A stretch of DNA of 64,000 bases from Eledone cirrhosa (GCA_964016885.1 OZ024740.1:435488001-435552000); one strand, 5' to 3'. Shown: positions 48,001-62,464, counted from the first letter of the stretch. The notes: generated by a model from the letters alone, not told the origin. Made by a program: numbers and translations.

Positions 48001-51000
48001 GTGTATCTAGAACTACTTTATCAAAGATATCTGTGTTTTAAGACAGTGTATCTAGAACTACTTTATCAAACATATCTGTGTTTTAAGCCAGTGTATCTAG
48101 AACTACTTTATCAAACATATCTGTGTTTTAAGACAGTTTATCTAGAATACTTTATCCAACTTGTCTGTATTTTAAGACAATGTATCTAGAACTACTTTAT
48201 CAAAGATATCTGTGTTTTAAGACAGTGTATCTAGAACTACTTTATCAAACATATCTGTGTTTTAAGACAGTGTATCTAGAACTACTTTATCAAACATATC
48301 TGTGTTTTAAGACAGTGTATCTAGAACTACTTTATCAAACATATCTGTGTTTTAAGACAGTTTATCTAGAATACTTTATCCAACTTGTCTGTATTTTAAG
48401 ACAATGTATCTAGAACTACTTTATCAAAGATATCTGTGTTTTAAGGCAGTGTATCTAGAACTACTTTATCAAACATATCTGTGTTTTAAGACAGTGTGTC
48501 TAGAACTACTTTATCAAACATATCTGTGTTTTAAGACAGTTTATCTAGAATACTTTATCCAACTTGTCTGTATTTTAAGACAATGTATCTAGAACTACTT
48601 TATCAAAGATATCTGTGTTTTAAGACAGTGTATCTAGAACTACTTTATCAAAGATATCTGTGTTTTAAGACAGTGTATCTAGAACTACTTTATCAAACAT
48701 ATCTGTGTTTTAAGCCAGTGTATCTAGAACTACTTTATCAAACATATCTGTGTTTTAAGACAGTTTATCTAGAATACTTTATCCAACTTGTCTGTATTTT
48801 AAGACAATGTATCTAGAACTACTTTATCAAAGATATCTGTGTTTTAAGACAGTGTATCTAGAACTACTTTATCAAACATATCTGTGTTTTAAGACAGTGT
48901 ATCTAGAACTACTTTATCAAACATATCTGTGTTTTAAGACAGTTTATCTAGAATACTTTATCCAACTTGTCTGTATTTTAAGACAATGTATCTAGAACTA
49001 CTTTATGAAAGATATCTGTGTTTTAAGACAGTGTATCTAGAACTACTTTATCAAAGATATCTGTGTTTTAAGACAGTGTATCTAGAACTACTTTATCAAA
49101 CATATCTGTGTTTTAAGACAGTGTATCTAGAACTACTTTATCAAACATATCTGTGTTTTAAGACAGTGTATCTAGAACTACTTTATCAAACATGTCTATG
49201 TTTTAAGACAGTTTATCTAGAATACTTTATCCAACTTGTCTGTATTTTAAGACAATGTATCTAGAACTACTTTATCAAAGATATCTGTTTTAAGACAGTG
49301 TATCTAGAACTACTTTATCAAACATATCTGTGTTTTAAGACAGTTTATCTAGAATACTTTATCCAACTTGTCTGTATTTTAAGACAATGTATCTAGAACT
49401 ACTTTATCAAAGATATCTGTGTTTTAAGACAGTGTATTTAGAACTACTTCATCCAACTTGTCTGTATTTTAAGACAATGTATCTAGTACTACTTTATCAA
49501 ACATATCTGTGTTTTAAGACAGTGTATCTAGAACTACTTTATCAAACATATCTGTGTTTTAAGACAGTTTATCTAGAATACTTTATCCAACTTGTCTGTA
49601 TTTTAAGACAATGTATCTAGAACTACTTTATCAAAGATATCTGTGTTTTAAGACAGTGTATCTAGAACTACTTTATCAAAGATATCTGTGTTTTAAGACA
49701 GTGTATCTAGAACTACTTTATCAAAGATATCTGTGTTTTAAGACAGTGTATCTAGAACTACTTTATCAAACATATCTGTGTTTTAAGACAGTGTATCTAG
49801 AACTACTTTATCAAACATATCTGTGTTTTAAGACAGTTTATCTAGAATACTTTATCCAACTTGTCTGTATTTTAAGACAATGTATCTAGAACTACTTTAT
49901 CAAAGATATCTGTGTTTTAAGACAGTGTATCTAGAACTACTTTATCAAACATATCTGTGTTTTAAGACAGTGTATCTAGAACTACTTTATCAAACATATC
50001 TGTGTTTTAAGACAGTGTATCTAGAACTACTTTATCAAACATATCTGTGTTTTAAGACAGTGTATCTAGAACTACTTTATCAAAGATATCTGTGTTTTAA
50101 GACAGTGTATCTAGAACTACTTTATCAAACATATCTGTGTTTTAAGACAGTGTATCTAGAACTACTTTATCAAACATATCTGTGTTTTAAGACAGTTTAT
50201 CTAGAATACTTTATCCAACTTGTCTGTATTTTAAGACAATGTATCTAGAACTACTTTATCAAAGATATTTGTGTTTTAAGACAGTGTATCTAGAACTACT
50301 TTATCAAAGATATCTGTGTTTTAAGACAGTGTATCTAGAACTACTTTATCAACATATCTGTGTTTTAAGACAGTGTATCTAGAACTACTTTATCAAACAT
50401 ATCTGTGTTTTAAGACAGTTTATCTAGAATACTTTATCCAACTTGTCTGTATTTTAAGACAATGTATCTAGAACTACTTTATCAAAGATATCTGTGTTTT
50501 AAGACAGTGTATCTAGAACTACTTTATCAAACATATCTGTGTTTTAAGACAGTTTATCTAGAATACTTTATCCAACTTGTCTGTATTTTAAGACAATGTA
50601 TCTAGAACTACTTTATCAAAGATATCTGTGTTTTAAGACAGTGTATCTAGAACTACTTTATCAAACATATCTGTGTTTTAAGACAGTGTGTCTAGAACTA
50701 CTTTATCAAACATATCTGTGTTTTAAGACAGTTTATCTAGAATACTTTATCCAACTTGTCTGTATTTTAAGACAATGTATCTAGAACTACTTTATCAAAG
50801 ATATCTGTGTTTTAAGACAGTGTATCTAGAACTACTTTATCAAAGATATCTGTGTTTTAAGACAGTGTATCTAGAACTACTTTATCAAACATATCTGTGT
50901 TTTAAGCCAGTGTATCTAGAACTACTTTATCAAACATATCTGTGTTTTAAGACAGTTTATCTAGAATACTTTATCCAACTTGTCTGTATTTTAAGACAAT

Positions 51001-54000
51001 GTATCTAGAACTACTTTATCAAAGATATCTGTGTTTTAAGACAGTGTATCTAGAACTACTTTATCAAACATATCTGTGTTTTAAGACAGTGTATCTAGAA
51101 CTACTTTATCAAACATATCTGTGTTTTAAGACAGTTTATCTAGAATACTTTATCCAACTTGTCTGTATTTTAAGACAATGTATCTAGAACTACTTTATCA
51201 AAGATATCTGTGTTTTAAGACAGTGTAACTAGAACTACTTTATCAAAGATATCTGTGTTTTAAGACAGTGTATCTAGAACTACTTTATCAAACATATCTG
51301 TGTTTTAAGACAGTGTATCTAGAACTACTTTATCAAACATATCTGTGTTTTAAGACAGTGTATCTAGAACTACTTTATCAAACATGTCTGTGTTTTAAGA
51401 CAGTTTATCTAGAATACTTTATCCAACTTGTCTGTATTTTAAGACAATGTATCTAGAACTACTTTATCAAAGATATCTGTGTTTTAAGACAGTGTATCTA
51501 GAACTACTTTATCAAAGATATCTGTGTTTTAAGACAGTGTATCTAGAACTACTTTATCAAAGATATCTGTGTTTTAAGACAGTGTATCTAGAACTACTTT
51601 ATCAAACATATCTGTGTTTTAAGACAGTGTATCTAGAACTACTTTATCAAACATATCTGTGTTTTAAGACAGTTTATCTAGAATACTTTATCCAACTTGT
51701 CTGTATTTTAAGACAATGTATCTAGAACTACTTTATCAAATATATCTGTGTTTTAAGACAGTGTATCTAGAACTACTTTATCAAACATATCTGTGTTTTA
51801 AGACAGTGTATCTAGAACTACTTTATCAAACATATCTGTGTTTTAAGACAGTGTATCTAGAACTACTTTATCAAACATATCTGTGTTTTAAGACAGTTTA
51901 TCTAGAATACTTTATCCAACTTGTCTGTATTTTAAGACAATGTATCTAGAACTACTTTATCAAAGATATCTGTGTTTTAAGACAGTGTATCTAGAACTAC
52001 TTTATCAAACATATCTGTGTTTTAAGACAGTGTATCTAGAACTACTTTATCAAACATATCTGTGTTTTAAGACAGTTTATCTAGAATACTTTATCCAACT
52101 TGTCTGTATTTTAAGACAATGTATCTAGAACTACTTTATCAAAGATATCTGTGTTTTAAGACAGTGTATCTAGAACTACTTTATCAAAGATATCTGTGTT
52201 TTAAGACAGTGTATCTAGAACTACTTTATCAACATATCTGTGTTTTAAGACAGTTTATCTAGAACTACTTTATCAAACATATCTGTGTTTTAAGACAGTT
52301 TATCTAGAATACTTTATCCAACTTGTCTGTATTTTAAGACAATGTATCTAGAACTACTTTATCAAAGATATCTGTGTTTTAAGACAGTGTATCTAGAACT
52401 ACTTTATCAAACATATCTGTGTTTTAAGACAGTTTATCTAGAATACTTTATCCAACTTGTCTGTATTTTAAGACAATGTATCTAGAACTACTTTATCAAA
52501 GATATCTGTGTTTTAAGACAGTGTATCTAGAACTACTTTATCAAACATATCTGTGTTTTAAGACAGTGTGTCTAGAACTACTTTATCAAACATATCTGTG
52601 TTTTAAGACAGTTTATCTAGAATACTTTATCCAACTTGTCTGTATTTTAAGACAATGTATCTAGAACTACTTTATCAAAGATATCTGTGTTTTAAGACAG
52701 TGTATCTAGAACTACTTTATCAAAGATATCTGTGTTTTAAGACAGTGTATCTAGAACTACTTTATCAAACATATCTGTGTTTTAAGCCAGTGTATCTAGA
52801 ACTACTTTATCAAACATATCTGTGTTTTAAGACAGTTTATCTAGAATACTTTATCCAACTTGTCTGTATTTTAAGACAATGTATCTAGAACTACTTTATC
52901 AAAGATATCTGTGTTTTAAGACAGTGTATCTAGAACTACTTTATCAAACATATCTGTGTTTTAAGACAGTGTATCTAGAACTACTTTATCAAACATATCT
53001 GTGTTTTAAGACAGTTTATCTAGAATACTTTATCCAACTTGTCTGTATTTTAAGACAATGTATCTAGAACTACTTTATCAAAGATATCTGTGTTTTAAGA
53101 CAGTGTATCTAGAACTACTTTATCAAAGATATCTGTGTTTTAAGACAGTGTATCTAGAACTACTTTATCAAACATATCTGTGTTTTAAGACAGTGTATCT
53201 AGAACTACTTTATCAAACATATCTGTGTTTTAAGACAGTGTATCTAGAACTACTTTATCAAACATGTCTGTGTTTTAAGACAGTTTATCTAGAATACTTT
53301 ATCCAACTTGTCTGTATTTTAAGACAATGTATCTAGAACTACTTTATCAAAGATATCTGTGTTTTAAGACAGTGTATCTAGAACTACTTTATCAAAGATA
53401 TGTGTTTTAAGACAGTGTATCTAGAACTACTTTATCAAACATATCTGTGTTTTAAGACAGTGTATCTAGAACTACTTTATCAAACATATCTGTGTTTTAA
53501 GACAGTTTATCTAGAATACTTTATCCAACTTGTCTGTATTTTAAGACAATGTATCTAGAATTACTTTATCAAAGATATCTGTGTTTTAAGACAGTGTATC
53601 TAGAACTACTTTATCAAAGATATCTGTGTTTTAAGACAGTGTATCTAGAACTACTTTATCAAAGATATCTGTGTTTTAAGACAGTGTATCTAGAACTACT
53701 TTATCAAACATATCTGTGTTTTAAGACAGTTTATCTAGAATACTTTATCCAACTTGTCTGTATTTTAAGACAATGTATCTAGAACTACTTTATCAAAGAT
53801 ATCTGTGTTTTAAGACAGTGTATTTAGAACTACTTTATCCAACTTGTCTGTATTTTAAGACAATGTATCTAGAACTACTTTATCAAACATATCTGTGTTT
53901 TAAGACAGTGTATCTAGAACTACTTTATCAAACATATCTGTGTTTTAAGACAGTTTATCTAGAATACTTTATCCAACTTGTCTGTATTTTAAGACAATGT

Positions 54001-55390
54001 ATCTAGAACTACTTTATCAAAGATATCTGTGTTTTAAGACAGTGTATCTAGAACTACTTTATCAAAGATATCTGTGTTTTAAGACAGTGTATCTAGAACT
54101 ACTTTATCAAAGATATCTGTGTTTTAAGACAGTGTATCTAGAACTACTTTATCAAACATATCTGTGTTTTAAGACAGTGTATCTAGAACTACTTTATCAA
54201 ACATATCTGTGTTTTAAGACAGTTTATCTAGAATACTTTATCCAACTTGTCTGTATTTTAAGACAATGTATCTAGAACTACTTTATCAAAGATATCTGTG
54301 TTTTAAGACAGTGTATCTAGAACTACTTTATCAAAGATATCTGTGTTTTAAGACAGTGTATCTAGAACTACTTTATCAAACATATCTGTGTTTTAAGACA
54401 GTGTATCTAGAACTACTTTATCAAACATATCTGTGTTTTAAGACAGTGTATCTAGAACTACTTTATCAAACATATCTGTGTTTTAAGACAGTTTATCTAG
54501 AATACTTTATCCAACTTGTCTGTATTTTAAGACAATGTATCTAGAACTACTTTATCAAAGATATCTGTGTTTTAAGACAGTGTATCTAGAACTACTTTAT
54601 CAAACATATCTGTGTTTTAAGACAGTGTATCTAGAACTACTTTATCAAACATATCTGTGTTTTAAGACAGTTTATCTAGAATACTTTATCCAACTTGTCT
54701 GTATTTTAAGACAATGTATCTAGAACTACTTTATCAAAGATATCTGTGTTTTAAGACAGTGTATCTAGAACTACTTTATCAAAGATATCTGTGTTTTAAG
54801 ACAGTGTTTTTAGAGCTACTTTATCAAAGATATCTGTGTTTTAAGGCAGTGTATCTAGAATACTTTATCAAACATGTCTGTGTTTTAAGACAGTGTATCT
54901 AGAGCTACTTTATCAAAGATATCTGTGTTTTAAGGCAGTGTATCTAGAATACTTTATCAAACATGTCTGTGTTTTAAGACAATGTATCTAGAACTACTTT
55001 ATCAAAGATATCTGTGTTTTAAGACAGTGTATCTAGAACTACTTTATCAAACATATCTGTGTTTTAAGACAGTTTATCTAGAATACTTTATCCAACTTGT
55101 CTGTATTTTAAGACAATGTATCTAGAACTACTTTATCAAAGATATCTGTGTTTTAAGACAGTGTATCTAGAACTACTTTATCAAAGACATCTGCGTTTTA
55201 AGACAGTGTATCTAGAACTACTTTATCAAACTTGTCTGTGTTTTAAGACAGTGTATCTAGAACTACTTTATCAAAGACATCTGCGTTTTAAGACAGTGTA
55301 TCTAGAGCTACTTTATCAAAGATATCTGTGTTTTAAGGCAGTGTATCTAGAATACTTTATCAAACATGTCTGTGTTTTAAGACAGTGTGG
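39085..55390. repeat. 16.3-kb satellite of 45-bp monomers (~360 copies) with a 44-bp variant and higher-order repeats
   Basis: Monomer gtgtatctagaactactttatcaaacatatctgtgttttaagaca; variant gtttatctagaatactttatccaacttgtctgtattttaagaca. The block at 46033-47520 recurs 1744 bp downstream. Confidence 0.99.
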
Positions 55391-55464
55391 TTTAATTTAA
55401 GGAGATTTGGCTGTTATTTACTGGAATAGATTAATATATGTATTTTAAGATGGCAATAAGTCAA

Positions 55465-55700
55465 GAAATAGACTGGCAGACAGGCACCATTCCTTGTGAT
55501 GGTGAAAAGATGGAAGTTTGCCTGGTTTGGTTTCATATCTCACCATGATTTCCTATATAAAACCATCCTTCAGGTCACAGTTGGGGGAGGGTGAAGGAGA
55601 GGCAGACAAAGAACATCCTGGTCTGATAACATCAAAGACTTGTCCCAACACTGAAACCTGTCTACATATGACAGAGAATAGAGATCTGTGGTGACAGTTG
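55465..55700 (+). mobile_element. Old RTE LINE C-terminal fragment
   Basis: RWKFAWFGFISHHDFLYKTILQVTVGGG*RRGRQRTSWSDNIKD resembles the RTE motif RKLxWFGHxxRH...ILQG.VEG.RRRGR.R..W.DNIK. Confidence 0.7.
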
Positions 55701-55714
55701 ACTACAAATGTGTC

Positions 55715-56640
55715 TAGAGTGGCACCCTAACGACTGGCTGTACCAGTGGCACATCTAGGGTGGCACCCCCAACAACTGGCTGTACCAGTGTCACATCTAG
55801 GGTCGCACCCCAACATTTTGCTGTACCAGTGGCACCCCAACAACTGGCTGTACCAGTGGCACATCTAGAGTGACACCCCAACAACTGGTTGAACTAGTGG
55901 CACCCCAACTACTGGCTGCACCAGTGGCACCCCAACTACTAGCTGTTACAGTGGCACATCTAGAGTGGCACCCCAATTACTAGCTGTACCAGTGGCACCC
56001 AAACGAGTAGCTGCACCAGTGGCACCCCAACTACTAGCTGCACCAGTGACACCCCAACTACTAGCTGCACCAGTGACACCCCAACTACTAGCTGTACCAG
56101 TGGCACCCCAACTACTAGCTGTACCAGTGGCACCCCAACTACTAGCTGTACCAGTGGCACCCCAACTACTAGCTGCACCAGTGGCACCCCAACTACTAGC
56201 TGTACCAGTGGCACCCCAACTACTAGCTGTACCAGTGACACCCCAACTACTAGCTGCACCAGTGACACCCCAACTACTAGCTGTACCAGTGGCACCCCAA
56301 CTACTAGCTGCACCAGTGGCACCCCAACTACTAGCTGCACCAGTGGCACCCCAACTACTAGCTGCACCAGTGACACCCCAACTACTAGCTGCACCAGTGA
56401 CACCCCAACTACTAGCTGTACCAGTGGCACCCCAACTACTAGCTGTACCAGTGACACCCCAACTACTAGCTGCACCAGTGACACCCCAACTACTAGCTGT
56501 ACCAGTGGCACCCCAACTACTAGCTGCACCAGTGGCACCCCAACTACTAGCTGCACCAGTGGCACCCCAACTACTAGCTGCGCCAGTGGCACCCCAACTA
56601 CTAGCTGTGCCAGTGGCACCCCAACTACTAGCTGCACCAT
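55715..56640. repeat. 27-bp minisatellite
   Basis: Unit ccagtggcaccccaactactagctgca/gta; the copies at the left edge are degenerate. Confidence 0.96.
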
Positions 56641-56989
56641 GATTGAGTGTAGGATGTTGGTGGAATTGACTGACAAGATCTCATACCTTATTCATTTACC
56701 AAGTGAGGTGAAACTCATCCAAGCACACCAAGGAAACAATGTTTCTATTGGCCTCTCCATTGCTGATACTGCAGAAAGAGCAATATAAAATAAAGTGTCT
56801 TGCTCAAGGACATAACACATCACCAGTCTGGAAATCGAACTCACAACCTCACAGTTGTGAATCTAATTCTCTAACCACCAAGCCTCCCTGAAGCAAAACT
56901 ATCCATGGTTCTACTTGAAATAAAATTTCCCAAAATAGTTTTATATAAGAAATATTTGTTACAAATCTAGCTCATATATAACTATCACC

Positions 56990-57420
56990 TTCTTCTTTTT
57001 TTCTTTTTCTTTTTTCTTTTTCTTCTTCTTTTTCTTCTTTTTCTTTTTCTTTTTCTTCTTCTTGAGAGGGTCGTTGGGACAGAGTCCTCAAACACTCCTT
57101 CCAGTGGGTCCTGTCAGAAGCAACTGTCTCCAATTGATCCAGCTGGGTTCCTAAGCAAGACTAGCTGGGCTCATGGGTGTTATATATATATATATATATA
57201 TATCTTCAGGTCTTTATACTGACCTCAAACTGCGATGCTGCCCAGGCTTTGCTCTTCCTCCCACCATCCTCTGTGTTCCCAATCTTTGATACAGGAAGTC
57301 CTCAACCAGCTCTAACAGCTTCCCGCCCACATTCTTAATGTTCTCTACCAGATACTTTGTCTTACTCTCATTTATTCTCACCTCTCGCATCAGCTGGAGA
57401 GAACTCATCCATGGATTTCA
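56990..57420 (-). mobile_element. Fragments of another RTE-type LINE (3' end with (AAG)n-like tail; RT fragment)
   Basis: LDQLETVASDRTHWKECL at ~57065-57145(-) and VRINESKTKYL...LELVEDFLY at 57214-57408(-). Confidence 0.55.
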
Positions 57421-57427
57421 GGAATTT

Positions 57428-57484
<57 letters not shown>

Positions 57485-57491
<7 letters not shown>

Positions 57492-59943
57492 CATTTTCGT
57501 CCGCTCTTCCCTGCTTGCAAGGGTGGGACGGGTCTTATTCAGCACAGCATCTCTCCACTCGTCACGGTCCTTCGTCATCTCCACCGTGAGCTTCAATGAT
57601 CTGAGGTCTGTTCTCACCACCTCCGCCCATGTTTTTCGTGGTCTACCTCTACCACGTCTTCCTTCAACTGGCATGTCCTGGCACTTCTTCACCCATCAGT
57701 CATCCTCCATGCGCATCACATGTCCATACCACCTCAGTCTCCTCTCCTGTACACTACATTCTATCCCTCTCAGACAGTTTCTCTCTCAACACATTCATGC
57801 TGGGTCGTTCACGCACATTGACATTGCACATCCAACGGAGCATGTTTGCCTCATTTCTCTCCAGCCATGGCATATCCTCTGCAGTTGCTGCCCATGTCTC
57901 ACTACCATGCAACATCGTGCTCCTCACACAGGCATCATATAACCAGCCTTTCGTACGCAGGGAGAAACCCTTCTTCGTCAGCAGAGGAAGCAGCTCCCTA
58001 AACTTCTTCCAACGCACCCTTATTCTAGATACTATGGCTTCGGAACCCCCCCCCCCCCCCCCCATGCTAATCTGATCTCCTGGGTACCGGAAGCTATCCA
58101 CCACTTCTATAGCACCCTCCTGCATTTGAAAAATGTGTCTATCAATGCGACTTCTACTGTCTAATTTCCCTGTACATCTACTGCATACATATTTCTCCCT
58201 ACCTGTTAGTTTGCCTGCTATCCCACTACATCTCTTGTGTTCCCAGGATCTGCATTGTGTGCATTTTATAGAATTTATGCCAGTTCCTTTTCTGTATATC
58301 GAACATGGCCATTTCCCTGGCGGAATCAGAGTCTTGTCCTCTTTTCTACTCATCAACACTTTTGTCTTAGCTAGGTTCACTCTCAGTCCTCTTGCTTCCA
58401 ACTGCTGTTTCCATAGCCAGAATTTATTCTCTAGCCCCTCTACTGATTCTGCTATAAGAACCAGATCGTCAGCATAGAGAAGTTCCCATAGACAGCCAGT
58501 CTTAAACTCCTCTGTTATGGCTTGGAGACTATAATGAACAAGAGCAGGCTGAGGACCAAACCTTGATGTACTCCTACTTGTATCTGGAATTCCTCACTAA
58601 ACTCCATTCCTACTCTGACTTTACTGACTGTACAAAGTTTGCACTGTCCTCACAAGCCATTCCTCAACACCTAGTTTCCTTAGGGACCACCAGATGACAG
58701 ATCGGGGTACACTATCAAAGGCCTTCTCTAGGTCAACAAAGGCTAAGTATAGTGGCTTATTTTTCTCTAAGAACCTCTCTTGCAATTGTCTCACCAAGAA
58801 GAGGGCATCTGTTGTACTCTTCCCAGGCACAAAACCAAACTGCATCTCATCTAGTTTGACCCTTTCTCTAATTAGTTGTGCTAATATCCTTTCTGCCACT
58901 TTCATAACCTGATCCATCAGTTTTATACCCATATAATTGCTCCTCTCCAGAGCATCCCCTTTACCTTTGTAGCAATTTATGAGAATACTGCTTCACCAGT
59001 CTTTGGGTATGACACCACCATATATAGCCTGATTGATGATGCATGCAACCAGTTTAGTGCCTACGTCCCCTGATGCCTTCAGCATCTCAGCAACCATTCC
59101 CGATGGTCCAGCAGCCTTACCATTTTTCATTTCCTTAATCGCCTCTTGGACCCTATATTCGTCAATCTCAATAGCTGGTCCCTCTGTCGGATCTACTGAG
59201 GGTAATTTCTCTCTCTCCCATTCGTTCTCCACATTCATCAGTCTCTCATAATGACATTTCCAGGCCTCCTTTTTCTGATGATTCGTGACACTATGTACAC
59301 CGGCATCGTTCCGGACACATTTATCACCAACAACATCCTGATTTGCATTGACACACTGCCTTGCAATGTGGAACACCACACGCCTCTGATCTTCCCGTCG
59401 CAGAACATTGGCAAACCTCCTACTCTCAGCCTCCCTGCGTGCTAGGTACACCTGATGTCTAGCTTCTCTCTTAGCAGCTGTATATTCTTCCCTACTCCCA
59501 CCCTTTTTCCAAGCCTTCCATGCTAGTCTTTTGTCTCTAATGGCCTTATCTACACTGCTGTTCCACCACCAGGTCACTCTCTGTCTGGTTGGACCTCTGC
59601 TCCAGCCACAAGTTTCATCAGTAGTCTGCAGTAAGTTGTCACGTAAGAAATTCCAGTCTATGTCATACGTCTCTAAATCGTCTTCTTTTTCGTCATACAC
59701 ATCTTGAAGGGCTTTCCTAAATTTGTATTTTAGTGAAAGGTCTTTTAGCTTCCAGACCTTTCTTCTCCACACCTTCCTGTATGTCTCATTCCGTCTCTGT
59801 CCCGCTGCCTAACTAGTAAGAAGTCAATCTAGCTTATGTGCTCGCCAGATTTGTAGATTATTAGGTGGTTGGCAGGTTTCTGGAAGTTTGTGTTGCAAAT
59901 AGTCAGTGTACTTGCATCACAAAATTCAAGAAGTCTCACTCCT
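57485..59943 (-). mobile_element. RTE family B LINE, 5'-truncated, with multiple frameshifts
   Basis: ORFs 58993-59772, 58621-58932, 57754-58401 and 57405-57692 give VTWWWN, KAAGPSG, FVDLEKAFD, a PHD-like insert, MLHGSETW and GRPRKTW. Ends in a (GAT)n tail. Confidence 0.94.
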
Positions 59944-59954
59944 TATATATATAT

Positions 59955-60021
59955 ATTTATTAAAATAACAGATTAAAGTTTAAGCAAAGAATCGTTGCTT
60001 TCACCCTTAACGGGATCTTCT
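59955..60021 (-). mobile_element. Terminal 67-bp fragment of PLE pLTR family C
   Basis: Matches 3292-3358; truncated inside the HHR core. Confidence 0.8.
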
Positions 60022-60056
60022 TTGGATTTTAATCTTCACATTATTATTATTATTAC

Positions 60057-60160
<104 letters not shown>

Positions 60161-60452
60161 CACATATATATAAATAAGTATTGAAGTTTCCATTGAAAAT
60201 TGAAAAAGTCATAGGAGTGAAGAGTGCTCTATGTAAGTACCAGAGCTTTTTTCACTATACACATGCATTTGTACATACACACATATGTACATTTGCCAGT
60301 GAATATACACACATTTATACACATACCCTAACTATATTTCCTTGTTTTATTTTTATATATCTCTTGCATTACTTTTATTTATATATTTTTTTGACTGTTT
60401 AACTTTTGCCTTTCTTGAGGAGATTTTTCAAATATTTCACTGTTTTAAATTG

Positions 60453-60520
60453 CCTTGACCGACGAACGAATGAGGACGTTTTTTGTATTCGTCTTATTCG
60501 GGAAACCTCTGGTAATGAGG
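60453..60520 (+). ncRNA. Degenerate hammerhead ribozyme, family G
   Basis: ccttga-CCGACGA-acgaatgaggacg...cgtcttattcgg-GAAA-cc tct gg-TA-atgagg. The core has a U4C change and helix I is imperfect. Confidence 0.55.
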
Positions 60521-60538
60521 TAATTATATTGTATTGTT

Positions 60539-60580
<42 letters not shown>

Positions 60581-61664
60581 ATATGTATATGGTGGCTGCC
60601 AACTCATTTTCGAGTACGGCCACTACTTTATATCCATGTAGGAGAACCCCTACCGATGCGCTGAACAAATGTGACTTTTTAGTCCAGCCAGCGACTGGAA
60701 AACTCTGGTACAAACACTACACCTGTGACAATTATTGACATACAAGCAAGCATTCTGTTGGCATGTCTTCATAGAATATGTAGAACTCTTCTGCAGTGTT
60801 CAGTATTCAATGTCGGTGTGAAGCAGGTTGTCTTGTTAGGTAAGAATTTCACAGCATTGTCATTGTTATCTCTACCACCACTACTACTACTACCACCACT
60901 ATATAAGGAAAATGCGAAGTTTGGTGTAGATGTTAAAATATCTTTTATTAACAGAGCTGTGGTAGATATTTCAATGGCAAGAATGAGTATTATGAAGACT
61001 AAGACAGTGTCAAGAAGCCTGCACATACACTATATTACAGTTAGATATCCTGCTATGGCTACTTAATGTTGGATTCACAATTGTGAGCTTGTCAGTTTCA
61101 TTCCCAGACAAGGCATTGTCTCCTTCAGCAAGACACTTTATTTCATGTTGCTCAACTTTACTCAGCCAGCGCCAAGCTGTATCTGCATTTACCTTTCTCT
61201 TAGGCAACATAGTGTTTATATAGTGTTTATATATTGTGAAGGCGCATGGCTTAGTGGTTAGAGCATTGGACTTGCAATCGAAAGGTTGTGAGTTCAATTC
61301 AATGTTGTTTCCTTGAGAAAGTCACTTTATTTCACGTTGCTCCAGTTTACTCAGCTGTAGAAATGAGATGATAGGACTGGGGCCCCTATCATTAAATCAC
61401 CCAAGACATCTCCAACGAGATATACATACGTTGGAGGAGGCCAGCTAAACCTGCCTAGGTGTGAGCTGTCATACACATAGGGTGTATATATAATGTATAT
61501 GTGGAATATATAGTGTATGTTGTGATGTCAATGGTGTCAAGCTGTATTAGCTATTGGACAACATTGGAAGTGTGGAGAGGGGAGACTGCTATGTATGGCT
61601 GACTGTTTCATAAATAACCTTACCTGGAATTGTACCTAGGAGGAGAACTTTCTTAGTGCAAATC

Positions 61665-61945
61665 TTTAGAAACACTTAAATCTAACCCCCCCCCCCATGT
61701 TACACTGTCGCAACACTTAAGTGTACCCCCCACATTACAATGTAAAAACACTTAAGTGTACCCCCCCACACACCACACTGTAACAACACTTAAGTGTACC
61801 CCCCCACATTACACTGTAGCAACACTTAAGTGTACATCCCCACACTGACACATTACACTGTAGCAACACTTAAGTGTACCTCCCCCACGGTACACTATAG
61901 CAACACTTAAGTGTACCTCCCCACATTACACTGTAACAACACTGT
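61665..61945. repeat. Degenerate ~35-40-bp tandem repeat
   Basis: Unit approximately cacattacactgtagcaacacttaagtgtaccccc. Confidence 0.85.
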
Positions 61946-62464
61946 TGATTCTTCCCCATACACTTATATACACTACACTTACCATTAAACATTATAACCA
62001 CATGTTTAGGTCCTCATTGAAAAAGGGGACACCAATTTATTCAAATTATGTTTGTCATTCTCCTACAGACTTTCTCAGACATCCTAATATTTGAAGGGTT
62101 TAGGGCCTTAAAACAACTTAATCCAGTCCTAATAACATATCTCTCTCTCTACACTTACTAACGTGTCTCTCTTTCTCTCTGCCTCTCTCTCTCTCTACCT
62201 CTCTCTCTACCTCTCTCTCTCTCTCTCTACTAACAATACTAACTTGTCTTTCTCTCTCATGCCATACATTACACTCTAATAGCACTGAGCTATTTTTTCT
62301 CCCTCCCCCTCCCCTCTCCCCCTCCCCCTCCTCTCTCCCCCTCTCATCTCCCCCCTTCCCCCTCTCATCTCTCCCTCCCCTCCCTCTCCCCGTGCTAAAA
62401 TGCTGCACTTTAAAAACAATGCCAATCATATTTGCCGGCTTTTTTCTGCCATAAATACAATTTG

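Noticed and set aside
39317-55400. Dozens of MYLELLYQRYLCFKTV ORFs; possible repeat protein or CRISPR-like array
   Set aside because: These are translations of a 45-bp (multiple of 3) satellite broken by 44-bp units. There are no unique spacers and no cas genes.
55960-56676. 225-238-aa APQLLAVPV / VQLVVGVPL ORFs
   Set aside because: Open frames are expected from a stop-free 27-bp minisatellite. I found no splice or unique coding context, although a repetitive exon cannot be formally excluded.
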